Positions 58,036 through 64,000 of a stretch of 64,000 nt of DNA are shown here, in pieces. Positions within the stretch are counted from its first letter, which is position 1. The number at the start of each line of letters is the position of its first letter. The stretch comes from the human T2T-CHM13v2.0 reference genome, Homo sapiens: the NCBI RefSeq assembly GCF_009914755.1, contig NC_060935.1, one strand, 5' to 3'. A model generated the notes under the pieces. The model had not been told where the DNA came from. It saw only the letters and a list, made by a program, of their open reading frames with translations, and searched no databases. Position numbers and translations under genes: made by a program.

Positions 58036-60189
58036 CTATAATAAGCCTTTACTTTCAGTTCTCATTATGAAAATAATCGATGTTCCTTGCAGAAAAGCAA
58101 GCAGAAGAGAATAAATATTGCTCTCAACTGGAACTCCCTGAAACAACCTCTTGGAATATTGTTGCCCCGCATTGCACTGACACAGGAGCGTGCTGGGCAG
58201 CCCACGTGATTCCCTTCACACCACTTCCCTGGCATGGATGTGATTCCACAATATTTTAAACATTAAAGCCAATGGGGATGATGATCACTGAGTCTGGCTC
58301 ACAGGATGGTGGGAGGTCCCCAGGTTGGGGTGTGCCAAAGGCTCTGCCCAGTGCCTGGCACAGCAAATGCCCAGGTGGCTGCTGCTTTCCACTGAGACTT
58401 GAGGCTCCTGAGAGTTGGTGGCAAAGGGCTCACCCAGAGCTGAAGACTCCAGCCCATTCCTGTGCGAGGGCTCCAGGCACCTTGGAAGCACCGTGGGCCG
58501 GGGAGCCAGGCCAGGCTGGTTGTGGATCCCCATGAGTCCTTGTCACTGTGTGGCCCAGCTGGAAAGCATGGTCAATAATGTCTGGGAATTGTGAAAATTG
58601 TGTGAAGTGTCTGCACACAGTAGGTGCTCAGTAAAGGTTTGTTGAGTGCGTAAATGAACAAGTGACCCGCATTCACCGTTGCCCGTGAGTTCTGACTGTG
58701 TCCTGGGCCCTGGGCCCCTACAGCCTCTAACTTTGCCTCTTCAAGGAGCCAGGGTGGGTCCAGCCTTCAAGACTGCCAGGGAGGGGGTGGGAGGCAGGGC
58801 CAGGGCCTCAGGGCCAAGGCCTGGGGCAGCCACTTCCTCAGGAGGGCAAGGAGAGGGGCAGGAGGACATTCACATGCTCTGAGCGCCTACTGAGAACCAG
58901 GTGCCCTGTCGGTGCCTTCAGGTCGGCTCTCGTTTCACCCTCGCAGTAGCCATGTGAGGCAGGCAGAGTCAGCCCCCATTTTACAGCTGGGGAAACTGAG
59001 GCCCAGTGAGGGGACGTTTCTTTTCAAGGTCACTCGTGGGCAGATGAGGCAGTGAGATGCTCTTGGGCAGGTCTGAGGCCCTGTGAGCCAGGCTCAGGGG
59101 CGTGTTTCTGAGAAGTGAGGGAATGAATGAATGAATTATGAATGGATGAATGATTCCACCTGATGCCATGCTCATGCCCTGCCCACACTCCTGTCCTAGA
59201 GTCTGGAAGGTAGCTCTCAGACCCTTCCAGAGGGGGCCGGGCACTTGGAATGGTCACAGTTCCGGGCCCACGTGCATGGAATAACTTGTTTCAGCCTCAC
59301 AATCACTTACGTCCCATTTTACAGATGGGAAGGCAGAGGCACGGGGGGTTAAGACACTAACCTAGGTCACACAGGTAAGTGACAGGACCAGGATTTGAGC
59401 CCAGACCTCACACTTAACGCCCTCCATGCCAGGTGCTGAGATCCATGCCTGCCGAACCCTCTCATTCACCCACAGATGCCCCCGGGACTGTAGTCAGCCC
59501 CATTCTCACATGGGAACACTGAGGCCCAAAGAGGCGAAGCGTCAGCCCAGCAAGGAGGAGGCAGGGCAGGCGGGGCCGCAGCTGTCTGGCCCGGAGCCCT
59601 GAGCAACCCCTCCACCCACTCCCCCTGGCTGGCCTGGGCCTTGGCAGACCTCACCCCAGAGCTGGCTCCAAAAGTGAGTCCTCCTGGTGCCCTACCCAGA
59701 GGGCTCCCCATTTACCCTGGGCTCCTCAACAAAGATGGGACTCCCAGGCCCTACTGAGCCTCTGGAGCTTTGAGGAGTAGTGAGGGGCACCCAACCCAGA
59801 GTGGGGAGGGCCCAGCCCTCCTGGGAGGTGTGTGGCCTCCCTTGGGGGGAGCCTCACTCCCAGGGAAGGCTAGGAGTTCTGTCCCGGGAGGACAGGCCTC
59901 TTCGGGGGCCTCCTCCCAGGTTGCTCCTGCATTCATGACAAGTTCGGCCCCTGTGAGTTGGGGGAAATTCTTCAACAGCTCCCTGGCCAGGGAGGGGACC
60001 CTCGGGATCCTGAAACACCCCTCCCACCTGCCAGTACCCGCCAAGATGGGTCCCTGATTTGCTGTGTGGCCTTAGACCAGTGGCTGCCCTCTCTGGGCCT
60101 CACTCCCAGCTGAGACCTACAGGCTCAGCCCCTGCCCAGCCCTGCCTGGCACCCGCTCAATCTGGCTGAGCTCCAGAGAATGGCAGGGC

Positions 60190-60344
60190 TGGGCTGTCAC
60201 ATGCTGAGCCACGTGACTGGCAGTGGCTGGGGGCTCCATCCCACACAGAGGACAGGGGCTCTGCAGTCCTTCACCCCCACCCTAACTATCTAATCACGGG
60301 CCACCGGTGTGGGCATGGTCCAGAAGACCTCACCGCCCTCCCAG
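60190..60344 (+). other. ALDH3B1: Probable upstream alternative non-coding first exon of ALDH3B1 (5' end approximate)
   Basis: Ends CCCAG|GTAGGC donor; position fits the known divergent UNC93B1/ALDH3B1 arrangement; no ALDH3B1 coding sequence in the window. Confidence 0.45.
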
Positions 60345-61048
60345 GTAGGCAGGGAGCTGGCGGGTGGGGGGGGCCATGATGAGCACCTCCCAGGTGCCAC
60401 GTTGGCCCAGAGGCCCCGGGGCCGGGAGCTACGGAGGCCCAGGGCACCAGGGAGATGGTAGCAGCGGCAGGCCCAGGAAGGGGCATAGAGGAGGCTCTTC
60501 CTCCACACCTGTCACCCTGTCCCCTGCCTGTCCACACCCACAGCAGCTTGCACATCATCCCCACAGCACGCTGGCTCTGACAGGTGTATCCGGGGCGGGC
60601 TGGGGGCAGGCAGGGACAGGCTTAGGCACAGCTGCCTGTGCCGAACTTGAGGAAGATCGGGACTACAGGAACCACCAAGGCGACACGTGGCATCATGACC
60701 ACGGTCCTAAGCAGAGAGGCAGGCACTCCTCCTGGGAGGCAGAGGGGACATCCGAAACGGGTGCAGCCCCAGCTCTGGAGCAAGAAGCTCTGCCACACAC
60801 ACGCCCCATGTTCACATCCCACCCCCTCTCTGCCCCCACTTCCTCGTTTGTAAAATGTTAGATCTGCAGAAAGACAGGCTCTATGAATGGGGCGGCCCAT
60901 GGGGTGGTGTGGAGGAACACGGAAGCACAGGGCGCTGGGAGAGGAGCAGGCATGAGGTATGGTCCCTAAGATGGTATTTCTAGACTCCAGCCACCTTTGG
61001 GTCTGACCTCTTTGTTTTGCAGAAGGGGAAACTGAGTCTTGGGTAGGG

Positions 61049-61530
61049 TGTAGCAAGACAAGCCACAGACAAAACACCTCAGACACTGGATTAAAGAAGG
61101 AAGAGGTTTATTCAGCTGGGAGCATCAGCAGACTTGCGTCAAGAGCCGAGCTCCCTGAAAAAGACATTCTTGGCCTTTTTAAAGGCTTACAACTTTAAGG
61201 GGTCCACGTGAAAGGGTCGTGATAAATCGAGCAAGCTCGGGGAACGTGACCGGGGGCTGCATGCGTCAGCTAACAGAACAGAAAGTTTTGCAGTGCTTTC
61301 TCATACAATGTCTGGAATTTACAGATAACACAAGTAGTTTAGGTCAGGGGTTGATATTATTATCACTTTTTTTTAACTACCAGGGCCAGGTGGTGGCGCC
61401 AAGGTCTTCTGGCTATTTCTCTTACTTCTGTTTTTTTCTAACTTTTTGCCTTCTCTCTTTCCTCCTGTCTTGTAAACCAGGCAAGGTGGTAGGAGGAGGG
61501 CAGCAGGAGTAGTAGTGGTCTTATTCCTTA
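61049..61530 (-). mobile_element. Solo LTR2-family LTR (LTR2B-like; HERV-E/Harlequin)
   Basis: Minus strand starts TAAGGAATAAGACCACTACTACTCCTGCTG and ends GTCTGTGGCTTGTCTTGCTACA; contains AATAAA; flanks AGGG/GGGG. Confidence 0.75.
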
Positions 61531-61974
61531 GGGGAGGCATTGAGGGAAGGCTGGGAGTGGGGGGTCGAGACTTCCTTGCTATTCTGGGCCATAACATTCC
61601 ACATAATATTATAATAGAATATAATTAATACAATAATAGTTCCCCACCCCACACCGGGATTCCCAGGGCCCACTGCCCCACTCCTCCTCCTCAGGCTGGC
61701 CCTCAGCTCAGTGCTCAGCCCTGCTGCACAGCCTCTCCTCCTCCTCCTCAGGCTGCCCCTCAGCTCGGAGCTCAGCCCTGCTGTGTGGCTCTAGCCTGGC
61801 GCCCTCTGGGCGTTGACTTCTTCTCTGTGGTCTGGGAGGAGATGTCGAGGCCCCCGAGGGAGGCGGTGGTGAAATCTTGGCTTGCAGCCTCCAGCCCGCC
61901 CAGAGCCAGAGTCAGGCACGAGGCTAGGGCAACTCCGCCCCACCCCTCCCCCGGGGACTGGCCCTGCGTTGGAC

Positions 61975-62044
61975 ATTTCTTAACAGCAGGGCCACCAGGC
62001 AGAGCGGGACAGCCAGGAGGAAGGGCAGCTTGGCAGAGCCTCAG
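61975..62044 (+). other. ALDH3B1: Probable main non-coding first exon (5' UTR) of ALDH3B1 (5' end approximate)
   Basis: ...GGCAGCTTGGCAGAGCCTCAG|GTAGAG matches my recollection of the UTR just before the ALDH3B1 ATG; GC box CTCCGCCCC upstream at ~61933. Confidence 0.6.
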
Positions 62045-62749
62045 GTAGAGTATCCCGGGGAGGCTGGGGCTGTAGTGGGCCAGCAGTCGGGCCAGAGTCC
62101 AGCTCAGCAACTCCGGGTTACAGGCAGCCCAGGCGGGCCTAGCCACCGGCAGCTGCACTCAGAGGCCACTGTGTCCTGGCTGAGCTCATCTGCCTGCCTG
62201 CTGGGGGAGAAAGCGGAAGGAGGAGAGGCAGATCTGGGGAGTGGCAGCGAGGTCCCGGGCACCCCCCTGGCCAGCAGGCACCCTTCCGTTGTCCGAGCTG
62301 GGTTGCCACCGCCTCCTTTTCCTGGGATTCCCGGACACCCTCCAAGGGAACCAAGGGAACAGCTCTGGGTCCAGCTGCCCCAGGAAGGACTGTGCGCCCC
62401 TTCCCCACAGGGGTCAAGTATCCCTTCCAGCAACAGCCGTTTCCTGGGCACCAGCCTGCATGCCCAGTGCTGATGCAGGGATGTGGCCATGAATGACTCT
62501 GGGAAAGAATCATTCTTAGCAATGGACTTTGTCAGGGTCCAAGAAAGGAGTGGCCAGCCAGCCCCGCCCCGCCTGCAGGAGGCACTTCTCATCCCGGGAA
62601 CTGTGCCCCATCAGGGAGCCGAGGCTGTTCAGCCTCTTTGTGACCCGGGGCTGGGTTGGCCCGAGCCACCAATGAGGGGATACGCTGGTCCCTGGCTCCC
62701 CAAGGGAGGGGCTGCTGAGCTTTGGGAGGCCTCATGAAAATCCAGCTTA

Positions 62750-63212
62750 AGGCCATCAAAAGACAAAATGACAACACATTTAGTTATAGATCAAATTGGC
62801 TTCTATTCATGATTCGTGAATCCGGACAGCCTCCATTCTACAAAATGGAGTGAGAGCTCCCACCAGGCAGTGGCAGAGCAGGGGGTTCATAAGGCAGAAA
62901 GGAGGAAACAGAAAAATAGGAAACACCAAACCGCCTAATACCGGATCGCTGCAGACTGCTTTTTTCTAAGCGGACTGCTTTTTTCTAAGGGGTAAGGCAG
63001 AGGGGACCTGATGATGCCGGCTCAGGTGGACTGGAATCTCCTGCTTCCCGGAGAAACTGGTCTGTGGTTTTGGGCTCTGTCTGCTTCCTTAAAGCTTCGG
63101 TTTGATGATGTGGCATTTGGCATGAGTGCCTCCATTTTGGTTTGGTCTGGTCTGTTGGGGCCTAGTACAGGAGCTCAGTTCAAAATCACAGCCTCTCATC
63201 ATGTTTGTTTAA
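62750..63212 (-). mobile_element. Old ERV1 LTR (MER31-like)
   Basis: Minus strand TTAAACAAAC..GAGCTCCTGTACTAGGCCCCAACAGACCAGACCAAACCAAAATGGAG resembles the recalled MER31-type 5' end. Confidence 0.5.
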
Positions 63213-64000
63213 TGAAGCTACACTGCAGGAGATCAGAATCGGAGACCCTGCGGTATTGGGCCTGTGGGTCCCCTGAAGTTGGCCTAGTGATCCCCGCCTT
63301 CTGGCTGCCCTGATGGGGGTCCCCCAGGCCCTCTACCCACCATGTTCAGTCCCTCTGTCACCACATCCCTGTCCTCAGTTGGGTCTCAGGGTGATGTCCT
63401 TGTCTCCCCAACACCCACCTTGGATCAAGGCCCCTTCAGGCCCCTGCCCCAGGGGTCTCCTCCCTGAGCCCTCCTCTGGTACATCCGTCCTCCATGGATA
63501 CTGAGCACTTCCCGGGGTCCCAGTGCTTGAATTCTCCCGACAGTGGTATGGGTGCCACAGGCAGTGCCCAATTTTACAGATGGGAAACGTGAATACAAAG
63601 AGGTCAAGCAACCTGCCCAAGGTCTCCCCACTCACACATGTGGTTGCTGCAGTTTAAACCCAGGTCATTGGGCCCCCAGACCATGCCATGCTGGGAGGAT
63701 GCTCTTAGAAGGCCCATGGTGTAGATGAGGAAACTGAGGCAGGAAGAATGAGAGAACGGGCAGAGCCTCCGTTTCCCTGGAATCCAACCCACTTGATAGG
63801 CCAGGGTGTGAACGAGCAGGGAGTCCCTGCCCAGGGACGGTCCCTGCTGTGAGGTTGGGGGCAGCGGCTCGGCCAGCCATTCACTCCCTGTGATATGTCA
63901 GCCCCGTTCCTCCCCACTCTGTTCCCGGAGCCTGTGGGCACCCACAGCGAGCACCCAGGCTGGCATAGTGCCCAGCACATGGGCACCTGAGTATTGTTTT

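Overview
Primate genomic DNA, almost certainly human 11q13.2: the spliced UNC93B1 protein matches the 597-aa human protein as I recall it. Left ~38 kb is a mosaic of the OR7E-type segmental-duplication family. It contains a CpG-island first exon with an in-frame second exon (minus strand), solo LTR12 and LTR5 elements, a VPS51 exon1-2 retrocopy with a non-VPS51 terminal exon, an OR7E pseudogene, and a ~10.4-kb SATR1/SATR2-type satellite field that encloses an LTR-less HERV-E-like gag-pro-pol fragment. Right ~26 kb is the intact 11-exon UNC93B1 gene (minus strand, CDS 55695-43189), its CpG-island promoter, and probable non-coding first exons of ALDH3B1 (plus strand). Most notable: a GC-rich ~80-bp double-hairpin minisatellite in UNC93B1 intron 8 is homologous to the SATR satellite unit. 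The same GC-rich unit, in the same orientation, ends the satellite field at ~38.1 kb, so UNC93B1 exons 9-11 lie in a ~9.5-kb cassette bounded by direct repeats. The satellite also shows a two-copy higher-order module and an inversion whose breakpoint falls on a unit palindrome axis. Repeat family names come from recalled consensus sequences, not from a search, and most repeat boundaries are approximate.
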